The notes beneath the pieces were generated by a model, which saw only the letters and a program-made list of their open reading frames with translations, was not told where the DNA came from and ran no database searches. Of a stretch of 64,000 nucleotides of DNA, positions 8,314 through 16,497 are shown piece after piece (within the stretch, counting starts at the first letter, position 1; every line of letters starts with the position of its first letter). This DNA comes from an uncultured Methanosarcinales archaeon (GTDB taxonomy: Archaea > Nanobdellota > Nanobdellia > Woesearchaeales > GW2011-AR9), in assembly GCA_964344235.1 (NCBI GenBank), contig CAYFMJ010000002.1:32001-96000 (forward strand). Direction: 5' to 3'. The translations under genes and the position numbers were made by a program.

Positions 8314-10167
8314 ATGCTTTCTCCAGATGTCAAAGAATTCTTCCCGTACGACCAGATACGAGATGGTCAAAAAGAACTCATTAACGACGTAGAACGTACC
8401 TGCAAGGAACAGAAAATTCTGCTTGCACATGCTCCTACTGGTTTAGGAAAAACTGTAAGCTCTTTAGCAGCAATTCTTTCCTATGCAATCAAAGAAAAGA
8501 AAGTTGTGTTCTTTCTCACTAACAGACACACACAACACCGCATTGCTGTTGAAACGATCAAACACATCCGTGACAAAACGCATGAACCCCTTTCCTGTGT
8601 TGATTTAATTGGAAAACGATGGATGTGTAATCAAGAAGTTTCCAGCTTGTTTGGTAGTGACTTTAACGAGTTCTGCAAGTCAATCGTTGAGAAAGGCGAA
8701 TGTGAATTCTATAACAACATTAGAACAAAGAAAGGCCTCAGCGTACCAGCACAAGCACTGATTAAAGAACTTGAACGGCAAACGCTCCACAACGAAGAAC
8801 TTGTTGCCAGAGGGAAAGAAGAAAAGATGTGCAGTTATGAAATTGCTATGGCCATGGCCAAGAAAGCAACTGTAATTATTGGCGATTATTATTACCTCTT
8901 CAACCCGTTTATTCAAGCTACTCTCTTCACTAAAATGGAAAAAGAGATGGAGGATGCCATTGTGATTGTTGATGAAGGTCACAACCTCCCTGCAAGAGTT
9001 ACAGACATGGTAAGTAATACCCTCACCAGCCTCATGATCAAAAATGCCATTATGGAAGCAAGGAAATACCATTACCAAGGCCTTATTGAGTGGCTACAAA
9101 AGTTACAAGAAATTCTTACTCAATTGGCAGTATTTGATGATGCTTCCAAAGAAAAGAAAGTGAGTCGAGAACAGTTCTCACAGAAGGTAGCGGCGTTTAT
9201 TGACTATGAAAATCTCATTGAAGAGCTAGATGCCGCAGCTGATGAGGTTCGCAAACGGCAGCGAAAAAGTTATCTTGGTGGAATTGCTTCTTTCTTAGAA
9301 GCATGGAATGGTGCAGATGATGGTTTTACTAGAATCATTAACGAAACAGAAACCAAATTCGGTCCGAGTATTGCACTCAAATATCTCTGTTTAGATCCTT
9401 CTATTATTACTAAACCCGTATTTTCCCGTGTTCATGCTGGTGTTATCATGAGTGGTACACTTACTCCTGTCTCTATGTACAGCGACGTATTGGGCATAGA
9501 TAACCCACTTGAGAGAGAGTACCACTCTCCATTTCCACCGGAGAATAAACTTGCTCTTGTTGTTCCTGAGACAACTACCAAATACACTGCCCGTAATAAT
9601 GGCATGTATAAAGAAATTGCAGAACGTTGCTCTACCATCGCTTCACTTGTTCCGGGAAACGTCGCTCTGTTCTTCCCTTCCTATTACGTTCGTGACTGTG
9701 TTGGTGAGTTTTTCCAATCAGAGAAACAATTATTTTGGGAAAAAAGTTCTATGCAGAAAGAAGAAAAAGAACAATTCCTCAGGGACTTTCGGGCAATAAA
9801 AGAAACGGGTGGCGTTCTGTTGGGTGTAACGGGCGCTAACTTCGCTGAAGGTGTTGATTTCCCTGGTGATTTATTGCATGGCGTCGTTGTTATTGGTATC
9901 CCTTTAGCAAAACCAGACTTGAAAACGAAAGAAGTTATCAACTACTACCAGCAAAAATTCGGCAAGGGGTGGGAGTATGGCTATACATTCCCTGCCATCT
10001 CTAAATGTATTCAGTCGGCTGGCAGGTGTATTAGAAGTGAGTCAGATAAAGGTGCCGTTATTTATTTAGACGAACGCTTTGCCTGGTCACGCTATTATGG
10101 TTGCTTACCACGCGAGGGTTTAATCGTTAGCAAAGAGTATACAAAATACTTAACGGAATTCTGGTAA
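8314..10167 (+). CDS. xpd: ATP-dependent DNA helicase, XPD/Rad3/DinG family with Fe-S cluster
   Basis: Q motif FPYDQIRDGQ, Walker A APTGLGKT, four Fe-S cysteines, DEGHN, SGTL, QSAGRCIRSE; probable start ATG 8314. Confidence 0.9.
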   Translation: MLSPDVKEFFPYDQIRDGQKELINDVERTCKEQKILLAHAPTGLGKTVSSLAAILSYAIKEKKVVFFLTNRHTQHRIAVETIKHIRDKTHEPLSCVDLIGKRWMCNQEVSSLFGSDFNEFCKSIVEKGECEFYNNIRTKKGLSVPAQALIKELERQTLHNEELVARGKEEKMCSYEIAMAMAKKATVIIGDYYYLFNPFIQATLFTKMEKEMEDAIVIVDEGHNLPARVTDMVSNTLTSLMIKNAIMEARKYHYQGLIEWLQKLQEILTQLAVFDDASKEKKVSREQFSQKVAAFIDYENLIEELDAAADEVRKRQRKSYLGGIASFLEAWNGADDGFTRIINETETKFGPSIALKYLCLDPSIITKPVFSRVHAGVIMSGTLTPVSMYSDVLGIDNPLEREYHSPFPPENKLALVVPETTTKYTARNNGMYKEIAERCSTIASLVPGNVALFFPSYYVRDCVGEFFQSEKQLFWEKSSMQKEEKEQFLRDFRAIKETGGVLLGVTGANFAEGVDFPGDLLHGVVVIGIPLAKPDLKTKEVINYYQQKFGKGWEYGYTFPAISKCIQSAGRCIRSESDKGAVIYLDERFAWSRYYGCLPREGLIVSKEYTKYLTEFW

Positions 10168-10539
10168 GTTGTTAAGAATTGGAAAATACGTTTTTGGCTT
10201 GTCCCTTCGCTTTTTTCGATCATGCTGTGCTTCCTGTAGTAGTATGTCTATTGCCCCCGGACTTTCATCTCTACCACAATCATAATGCCTACACCAAAAT
10301 GGCTTTCTCTCTTCAATCCCACACGTATTTGTCGCCTCATCAAGAAAAAGGCAAGCGATCGACTCGGGCTTTGATACAATGGCCCATTTTCCCCTTCTTC
10401 GCTTAACATTTTCCCTACCAATACGATCTAACTCTTCTTCTGCAACAACCCTCCCGGCTTTGTAGCAACAAGCGTTGTGACAGGAAGATGCGTATTTCAT
10501 CCCACAAACAGCTTGCTTTCCTCCACCAAACTCTTCCAT
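10150..10539 (-). CDS. YkgJ family Cys-rich (CxxCxxCC-type) Zn/Fe-S protein
   Basis: C...CHNACC, CLFLDEATNTCGIEERKPFWCRHYDC; a GAAAGTATAAAT box about 23 nt upstream favours start 10539. Confidence 0.75.
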   Translation of the reverse strand: MEEFGGGKQAVCGMKYASSCHNACCYKAGRVVAEEELDRIGRENVKRRRGKWAIVSKPESIACLFLDEATNTCGIEERKPFWCRHYDCGRDESPGAIDILLQEAQHDRKKRRDKPKTYFPILNNLPEFR

Positions 10540-10665
10540 CAAGAAGCGAATATTTCCCTCCATTTATACTTTCTGGCAAATTTATTGCTTTGTATACAAA
10601 ACAACAAAAAAGCAACCAGTATACAAAAACGTAACATTTATATACAAGTACTACTTTGAGACTCA

Positions 10666-10784
10666 ATAAGGGAAAAAGAGGTGATAGTTACCCTAACTAT
10701 CCACAATAACGGGGCTCCTTCGATTCTACCACCCTCACCCCCTCTAGGGGGCCCCACTTCCCTATGATTTCTGAGGCTATTTTT
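10666..10784 (+). ncRNA. Unclassified structured ncRNA candidate (strand not certain)
   Basis: GC-rich stems in a non-coding gap: AGGGAA/TTCCCT closing helix, GATAGTTA/TAACTATC, GGGGC/GCCCC, CCCC/GGGG; BRE-TATA cgtaacaTTTATATA at 10630-10644; T-tract at 10780-10784. Confidence 0.5.
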
Positions 10785-10851
10785 ACGATACTTTTATAAG
10801 CAAACCAAGGGTCCAGCGCTTTCTCAAAACAATTTGGAGTGTGAAATAAAA

Positions 10852-11169
10852 ATGGCAAAAGAATTACCAAGAAAGAGACTGTTTACGATGTTAAGAGAAA
10901 AACCAATTGGTAGTGAAGAGGTTCCAGAGATCTCAGAAATCTTTAAAGATCATGGAATCAACATAGATCCAGATACCGAAGGGTTAGTCGCTGAATATGG
11001 TGGTAGACAAGTTGTGATTTATGGTGAGAAAGGCAACCCTGGCGATTGGGTCCAAGCATTAACAGCAACCTACGATCTTAGTCAAATGGGTTTTGCAAAA
11101 GCACCATTTAGAAATTTTGTTGCAGCTGAAGTAGGTGACCGGTTACCTGGTCGTGGTTACCGCGCTTAA
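10852..11169 (+). CDS. Hypothetical protein (orphan)
   Basis: ORF with GGAGTGTGA SD before ATG 10852 and a TATA box at 10792-10799. Confidence 0.7.
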   Translation: MAKELPRKRLFTMLREKPIGSEEVPEISEIFKDHGINIDPDTEGLVAEYGGRQVVIYGEKGNPGDWVQALTATYDLSQMGFAKAPFRNFVAAEVGDRLPGRGYRA

Positions 11170-11170
11170 T

Positions 11171-11797
11171 TCACTCAACATATTTCTTATTTTTACTTGC
11201 ATAACTGTAATGTACTTCTCCAAAACCACAACCAACACACGTTGCATCCATATCTACCCAATTCTCTGCATCTTTATACCGCGGTGTCGCTTCTGGCAAG
11301 TACACTTGCACATACACATGCCCCGGCACAAACACAAATCGCGTCCTAAAACCCACAGATTGTAATAAAGAAGATAATAGAATAGAAGAATCATCACAAT
11401 CCCCAACAGAAGAATGAAACGCTTCCTGTGGTGTTTTGTAATACTCATACACTAATGGATCATTAACATACTTAAAATTCTGCTGCACAAAATAAAACAT
11501 CGCTTTGGCAATACACACTCGATGTGTTTCCTTACATGATAACGCAATAATTTTGTCAGCTACTTTCTTAATCTCTGACGTTGTTTGCACATATGAAGTA
11601 ATCCCTCCACTTACCACTGGAATACTCATCTGCGGCACTCCTACCTCTTCTATGCTAGGAATCATAACTGGTTCGGGATTTTGTTTCACTCCATAATACG
11701 GCACAGCCCATAAAACAATGATAAAAATCAGAAACAACCCTAGGAAAATCTTCCACACACCTTTCTTCTCCTCTTCGAAATGTTCTTCTTCCATCAT
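11171..11797 (-). CDS. Transglutaminase-like domain protein with N-terminal TM helix
   Basis: Catalytic triad motifs GDCDDSSILL, GHVYVQV, WVDMDAT. Confidence 0.85.
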   Translation of the reverse strand: MMEEEHFEEEKKGVWKIFLGLFLIFIIVLWAVPYYGVKQNPEPVMIPSIEEVGVPQMSIPVVSGGITSYVQTTSEIKKVADKIIALSCKETHRVCIAKAMFYFVQQNFKYVNDPLVYEYYKTPQEAFHSSVGDCDDSSILLSSLLQSVGFRTRFVFVPGHVYVQVYLPEATPRYKDAENWVDMDATCVGCGFGEVHYSYASKNKKYVE

Positions 11798-12261
11798 AGC
11801 AACCGATAATACTGAACAAACTCTTCTTCAGAAATAACAAAACCGGCGTCAATAAAATGTTTTGCTAGTATTGGTGCATCTTTCGCAACGTCATCACTCT
11901 TTTTAAAATTCAAAATACGTTTTACCGTAAAATCACACAAATACCCTTCATTTATCTTTAACACAATTGACTTCCCATTTTTTTGTTTTAAACTTTTATC
12001 AAACACAACATTCTCACAACAAAAACTACTTTTATTCTTCACAAACCCATGTGACAATAATTCTTTCTCGATTAAACAACGCACCAATTCTTTCTTCGTA
12101 TTATATTCTCCACTTCTTACAATCTCATCTCTTTCAGAAAATTCATGCACTTTCCCTAAATACTTCTTCACCTTCTGCCGCGGCCCTTGGGGTGTTGTTG
12201 TACTTTCTACTAAATACGCATACTGACTTCCGTTAATTCTTTTACAACGAATATAGGCCAT
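11794..12261 (-). CDS. Hypothetical protein with IS1634-transposase-like N-terminal motif
   Basis: MAYIRCKRINGSQYAYLVES...RQKVKKYLGK; no DDE domain follows. Confidence 0.65.
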   Translation of the reverse strand: MAYIRCKRINGSQYAYLVESTTTPQGPRQKVKKYLGKVHEFSERDEIVRSGEYNTKKELVRCLIEKELLSHGFVKNKSSFCCENVVFDKSLKQKNGKSIVLKINEGYLCDFTVKRILNFKKSDDVAKDAPILAKHFIDAGFVISEEEFVQYYRLL

Positions 12262-12525
12262 GCAACGAACAACTCATACACTAATATAAATCTTTAGAAA
12301 TCAACGAAAAGAAACAAGTGGGAAAAGAAGTAATTCACGCAACTATTTATTCCTGCCGTTACCACCGCTTTTAGTACGCATATATGCCATATGGGGTAGA
12401 TGTGGAATACATATATATTTCAACGTTTCTCTTCCAACTGTGCTCAACAACAATATTTGGCGTCAGTATTAACAGAGTTTCTTATTATTTTGCCAACTGC
12501 ACAAACACAAAGTTTGGAGGTGGAT

Positions 12526-12843
12526 ATGATAACAATGAAAACGGCACCATTTAATAGGTGTATTGAATGTACCGATGTGATTACTAACCCAGTTTGTCCC
12601 GGCTGTCTAGCAAAAGAGATGCAAGTTATGGTTTCTGAGCACAACGAAGCTCTAGCCATGCAAATCACTGCCCCTCACATCCCGGGAGGAGAGACCATGT
12701 GTATCTCCTGTGGTGATTCCATGAACCTGTGTGCGCACTGTTTCAGTAAGGATGTCTACCTCTTCCTTGAACACCATAACGAACAAATTGCTGAAGAGTT
12801 CATGCGCCGTTTCGACTTTGAATTACGACAAGAATTTTATTAA
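12526..12843 (+). CDS. Cys-rich putative zinc-binding protein
   Basis: CIEC, CPGC, CISC, CAHC motifs; GGAGGTGGAT SD before ATG 12526. Confidence 0.75.
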   Translation: MITMKTAPFNRCIECTDVITNPVCPGCLAKEMQVMVSEHNEALAMQITAPHIPGGETMCISCGDSMNLCAHCFSKDVYLFLEHHNEQIAEEFMRRFDFELRQEFY

Positions 12844-14282
12844 CAATTAATACCAATCACGCTGCTAATCTCCTCAGAGGTAAAACACTGCTGCAGCACT
12901 TTACAATATTGCGAATATTCTTTCTCAGGATTCTTAATGAAACCACTCAACACATATTCTGATGGTAACACATACATTCTTTTACTTTTATGTGTTTTCT
13001 CAATGGAACCACACGTTAAACTCTGCACAGTCTTCTGGAATGCCTGCCAACTGTTGAACTTCACACTATAATCAGCTTCAACACCTGTTTCACACTGCTG
13101 CTTTGACCGTAAGATCAAATCGCTCTTGCCGGGAGTTTTCACAACATGATATGATGCACTATTTGGTCCATCCACCGTTTGCACACAGATATGGAACGCA
13201 TCAACTTTGTCATAAAACGCGTTCTTCGTGAGATACGTCCCCAATTCCGCTTTCATAGAACTATGTAATTGCGCTTCTGACTGGAAATACACTGCATGTC
13301 CTGTTGCTCCTTTCAAGATAAAGAACACGCCAACCAACACTAAAATACTGAACCCAGCAATAAACGCTACTTTGTGGATATCTACATCAACCTCAGCACT
13401 ACCGTCAGCCCGAGGGGAACCAGCTTTCTTATATTTCTTATAATTATGCCGCATCGTCTCCTTATACGCCCATTGAACATCATTTGGATGCCAACCTGCT
13501 TTCACTAAATTCGATTTAATATGGGGAAACTTCTTTCCCGCAGCAATGTGTTTTGTAATGTAATTCTTTACCTCTGGATGAACTTTCGGTGAACCTTTAG
13601 ACTTCATTACATACTTAATACCAAAGAACGCTACCATAAACACTAATAGTGCAAACAAACCGACTGTTAAAAATTTTGTAAATGCTCTTTCTTTATCAAC
13701 ATCCTGTTCCACATTCTTCAACTCTGCCTGTGCAGCTTCCACATCTTCTTGCAACCCTGCTAACCCCACTGTGTTCTCTTGTACATCTCCTTCAATCGAA
13801 CCTTGCATTGAGTTTAGTAATTGAATATTGTCGTTAAGATCATTGATTTGCTGCTGCAATACCAAAATGTTACTTTCTGTCTGCATGACTCTACTCTCCA
13901 AATCAGCAGAACTTGCTTCCAGGATACTTACCTCCTCTTGTAATTCATCAATTACTTGTTGATCAACACTTGGTGTTACTTCTGTTACATTTGTGTCATT
14001 AATCTCTTCTCCTCCACCAAAGAAATTTTCAAAAAATAACTCCTCTTCCGTCCCCCCAACAGATTCATCATCAATATCATTAGGATTCTGCCACATACAT
14101 GTCAACGTCTCAACGCCACAATAACAGATTTCATCACTACTTCCCGTAAACACTTCACATGGCAAAGAACAGTCAGCATTACTTGTACACATCTCCTCCA
14201 AATTAATATCTGCACCCAAGACAAACGAACCGCCACCTATAGTAAACAGCAATACAAACAGCACATACACACTTTTTTTCAT
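12840..14282 (-). CDS. Hypothetical multi-TM protein with extracellular Cys-rich and coiled-coil regions
   Basis: Signal peptide, Cys-rich N-terminus, heptad coiled coil, two further TM helices. Confidence 0.8.
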   Translation of the reverse strand: MKKSVYVLFVLLFTIGGGSFVLGADINLEEMCTSNADCSLPCEVFTGSSDEICYCGVETLTCMWQNPNDIDDESVGGTEEELFFENFFGGGEEINDTNVTEVTPSVDQQVIDELQEEVSILEASSADLESRVMQTESNILVLQQQINDLNDNIQLLNSMQGSIEGDVQENTVGLAGLQEDVEAAQAELKNVEQDVDKERAFTKFLTVGLFALLVFMVAFFGIKYVMKSKGSPKVHPEVKNYITKHIAAGKKFPHIKSNLVKAGWHPNDVQWAYKETMRHNYKKYKKAGSPRADGSAEVDVDIHKVAFIAGFSILVLVGVFFILKGATGHAVYFQSEAQLHSSMKAELGTYLTKNAFYDKVDAFHICVQTVDGPNSASYHVVKTPGKSDLILRSKQQCETGVEADYSVKFNSWQAFQKTVQSLTCGSIEKTHKSKRMYVLPSEYVLSGFIKNPEKEYSQYCKVLQQCFTSEEISSVIGINC

Positions 14283-14334
14283 AGTCCTCTTTTTCCTACA
14301 TTAAAGAAGTCCTTTTTTGATTTATATACTTTCC

Positions 14335-14343
14335 TATAATTCC
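14335..14343. repeat. 9-bp target site duplication, left copy (TATAATTCC)
   Basis: Identical to 20187-20195 and abuts the left TIR. Confidence 0.93.
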
Positions 14344-14394
14344 GGCTTTGCACAAACGCTTAGTTCTGCACAAAGAGATTGCATTTTGCACAAA
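14344..14394 (+). repeat. Left TIR plus subterminal TGCACAAA repeats
   Basis: TGCACAAA at 14349-14356, 14367-14374 and 14387-14394. Confidence 0.9.
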
Positions 14395-14488
14395 CAATAT
14401 CTCCCCAAATTAGGGGTTTTTTGGGTGTTTAGTTAACTATGTGTTCCACACAAGAAGTTTTTAAATAATATCAGCCGTAAGATACGTC

Positions 14489-14902
14489 ATGGTTAAAATT
14501 AGGGGGTCAGAGGCTATTAGGAGAATCCGCCAAATACAAAAGAACATTGAAGAGCAGAATAGAAAAGACATAGATGATGAATTAGAACTGCTTGGTCTGA
14601 ACAGAAATGATCCTGACCTAAAAAAAATCGTAGAGAAAATCATTGAGAAAACAGAATCAGAAAGGGCCCTTTTGAAAATACTTAACAAACGTTTTGAGAC
14701 GAATAAAGCAGTCAATATCAAAAGAACATTTGAGATCATAGATCGGATTAGATCTAAGAAAAATTTCTACGTCAATTTAGCATATATCAGGAAACAAGAA
14801 AAAATAAACGGGAGGCTATTACGCCTGAACCGAGATACAATCCGCTTGACTATTTTGGTTTTGTTGTTGATGGCAGTTCAGATATTCTTAATGGTTCGTT
14901 GA
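14489..14902 (+). CDS. Transposon cargo: basic orphan protein with C-terminal TM helix
   Basis: 137 aa, ends TIRLTILVLLLMAVQIFLMVR; TTTTTAAATA box about 22 nt upstream. Confidence 0.7.
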   Translation: MVKIRGSEAIRRIRQIQKNIEEQNRKDIDDELELLGLNRNDPDLKKIVEKIIEKTESERALLKILNKRFETNKAVNIKRTFEIIDRIRSKKNFYVNLAYIRKQEKINGRLLRLNRDTIRLTILVLLLMAVQIFLMVR

Positions 14903-15551
14903 CTCTTACCCATTTACAAAACCCGCACTCTTCAGAGCTCTCTGGCAAACTGCCTTCAAGAACCGCTATCGCCTCTTTGAAGATTTTCTTAGCGTTGTTA
15001 ACATTAACTTTCATTTTTATTAGTTCTGCGTGAAAGTCAACATCGCCATTCTCGTGAACTTTATTTGGATGGTAGAAGAGCAGGTAAGCGTAATCTTCGG
15101 TTTTGTAATCATTTAACTGCAGTAGGTGGTTGTAAATGTCTAACTGATTCTGGTAATGGTCTGCTGTATCCTCTTTTAATGGGTATCCTCTAGTTTTGTA
15201 ATCTAAAACGATGAGTTTGTTGCCTTTCTTTAGAATGTTGTCTACGGCTCCACGAAAGAGGTTTCCTTCTTTGTCCGTCCACTGAATACCTTTGAAATTG
15301 TTTCTCCAAATTGTAAGTAACTCTTCATCATCAAAGAGTTTTACTTCACCATTGAGTTTCTCTAATTCTGGAGGGAGTGTTTCCAACTTCATAAACTTAT
15401 CAAAGTGGTTTTTTAAGATTCTATCTATTCCAGAAGGTAAACTTGGAAAGATTCCGTTAGGCCTACGCAACTTTTTATTATGGTGTAGCCAGAAACAACG
15501 TGGACATTCTTTTAGAAGGCTTAGTGCTGAAGGGGAGAGTTTGTATGCCAT
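14850..15551 (-). CDS. Transposon cargo: PD-(D/E)XK nuclease, Cas4/RecB-like
   Basis: LSPSAL..CPRCFW, GAVDNIL...VLDYKT, QLDIY, C-terminal CGFC. Confidence 0.85.
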   Translation of the reverse strand: MAYKLSPSALSLLKECPRCFWLHHNKKLRRPNGIFPSLPSGIDRILKNHFDKFMKLETLPPELEKLNGEVKLFDDEELLTIWRNNFKGIQWTDKEGNLFRGAVDNILKKGNKLIVLDYKTRGYPLKEDTADHYQNQLDIYNHLLQLNDYKTEDYAYLLFYHPNKVHENGDVDFHAELIKMKVNVNNAKKIFKEAIAVLEGSLPESSEECGFCKWVRVNEPLRISELPSTTKPK

Positions 15552-15552
15552 T

Positions 15553-16497
15553 TTAGTTTAGGGATTTTGAATAAGGTAATGATTTAATATAATTCCTCAT
15601 AAAAATCCAATCTGGCCTGCCATCTTTATCGACAGGCAACATTATTTTACTCTTTGACATCCTATCAAATCTCCATTTACGGCCGTAATTAAACCGATAT
15701 TTTTCTTTACCAATTAAAGGGATTAAGAACATCGAGATATATACATCTAGATGCCCATCTTTGATTCTTAAAATGTTTACATCATGAGAACAAGTAAATT
15801 CTTCTGGTTGATAGAATGCAGCACCAGCATGGCCATTGTTAACTACTGTTAAACAATTCCCCTTGAAGACTTTTTCTACAATCGATTTGTCAAGATAATC
15901 TGTAACGCCATTGTTATAAACGGATGCTGAGATGAATTTCAATTCCCCCTCCTTAGTTGGCCTTTTATTATAAAATCCTCTTTCAATTGCGAATACCTCA
16001 CCATACAAGAAATACTTCCACTTTCTACTTGATAAATTTGTTTTTTCGTTTAATAACCTTGCATTAAGATTCCTTCGGACAAATTTTTTCTTTTTATAGA
16101 CCCACGAGGGCATATTAATCTCAACCAATGTTCTCCCAAGCCTACTAGGTGTAACCTTTCTACCATAGCTATATCTAAAAACTTCCCTTCTTATTAAAAG
16201 GACAAAATACATCATCTCCTCCCTTGAAAATTTCCTTTTTGGTGAAAGAACAATGCTATCACTATTTATACAACAACCCCTCTCTTGTAAGAATGCATAA
16301 CAAACCGTTCCAGTCCTGGGTACATTAATGACATTTCTATAGGTTGGTTCAATATCTACATAACCCACAACTCCATTATCGGTTCCTTTTGATGAGATAA
16401 GTGGAGTTTTCCCTCTATCAACAGTATCTCTTACTAAGAGGTTGTCTTTTCCATACTCCATATCAAACAATTCACGTAGTTCAATCAACTTCCTCAC
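15553..16497 (-). CDS. Transposon cargo: R-M specificity subunit (BcgI B-like, two TRDs)
   Basis: Two HsdS-like repeats (PLISSKGTDNGV / FISASVYNNGV; FRYSYGRK / YRFNYGRK; KIMLPVDKDGRPDWIFMRNYIK). Confidence 0.88.
   Translation of the reverse strand: MRKLIELRELFDMEYGKDNLLVRDTVDRGKTPLISSKGTDNGVVGYVDIEPTYRNVINVPRTGTVCYAFLQERGCCINSDSIVLSPKRKFSREEMMYFVLLIRREVFRYSYGRKVTPSRLGRTLVEINMPSWVYKKKKFVRRNLNARLLNEKTNLSSRKWKYFLYGEVFAIERGFYNKRPTKEGELKFISASVYNNGVTDYLDKSIVEKVFKGNCLTVVNNGHAGAAFYQPEEFTCSHDVNILRIKDGHLDVYISMFLIPLIGKEKYRFNYGRKWRFDRMSKSKIMLPVDKDGRPDWIFMRNYIKSLPYSKSLN

Noticed and set aside
10666-10784. Identification of the structured RNA as a tRNA half, 5S rRNA, SRP RNA, RNase P RNA, C/D sRNA or attenuator of the YkgJ gene
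   Set aside because: It has a TTCGATTC T-loop-like string and weak C/D-like boxes but no supporting arms or spacing, and the conserved motifs of the other RNAs are absent. The YkgJ gene has its own proximal TATA box.
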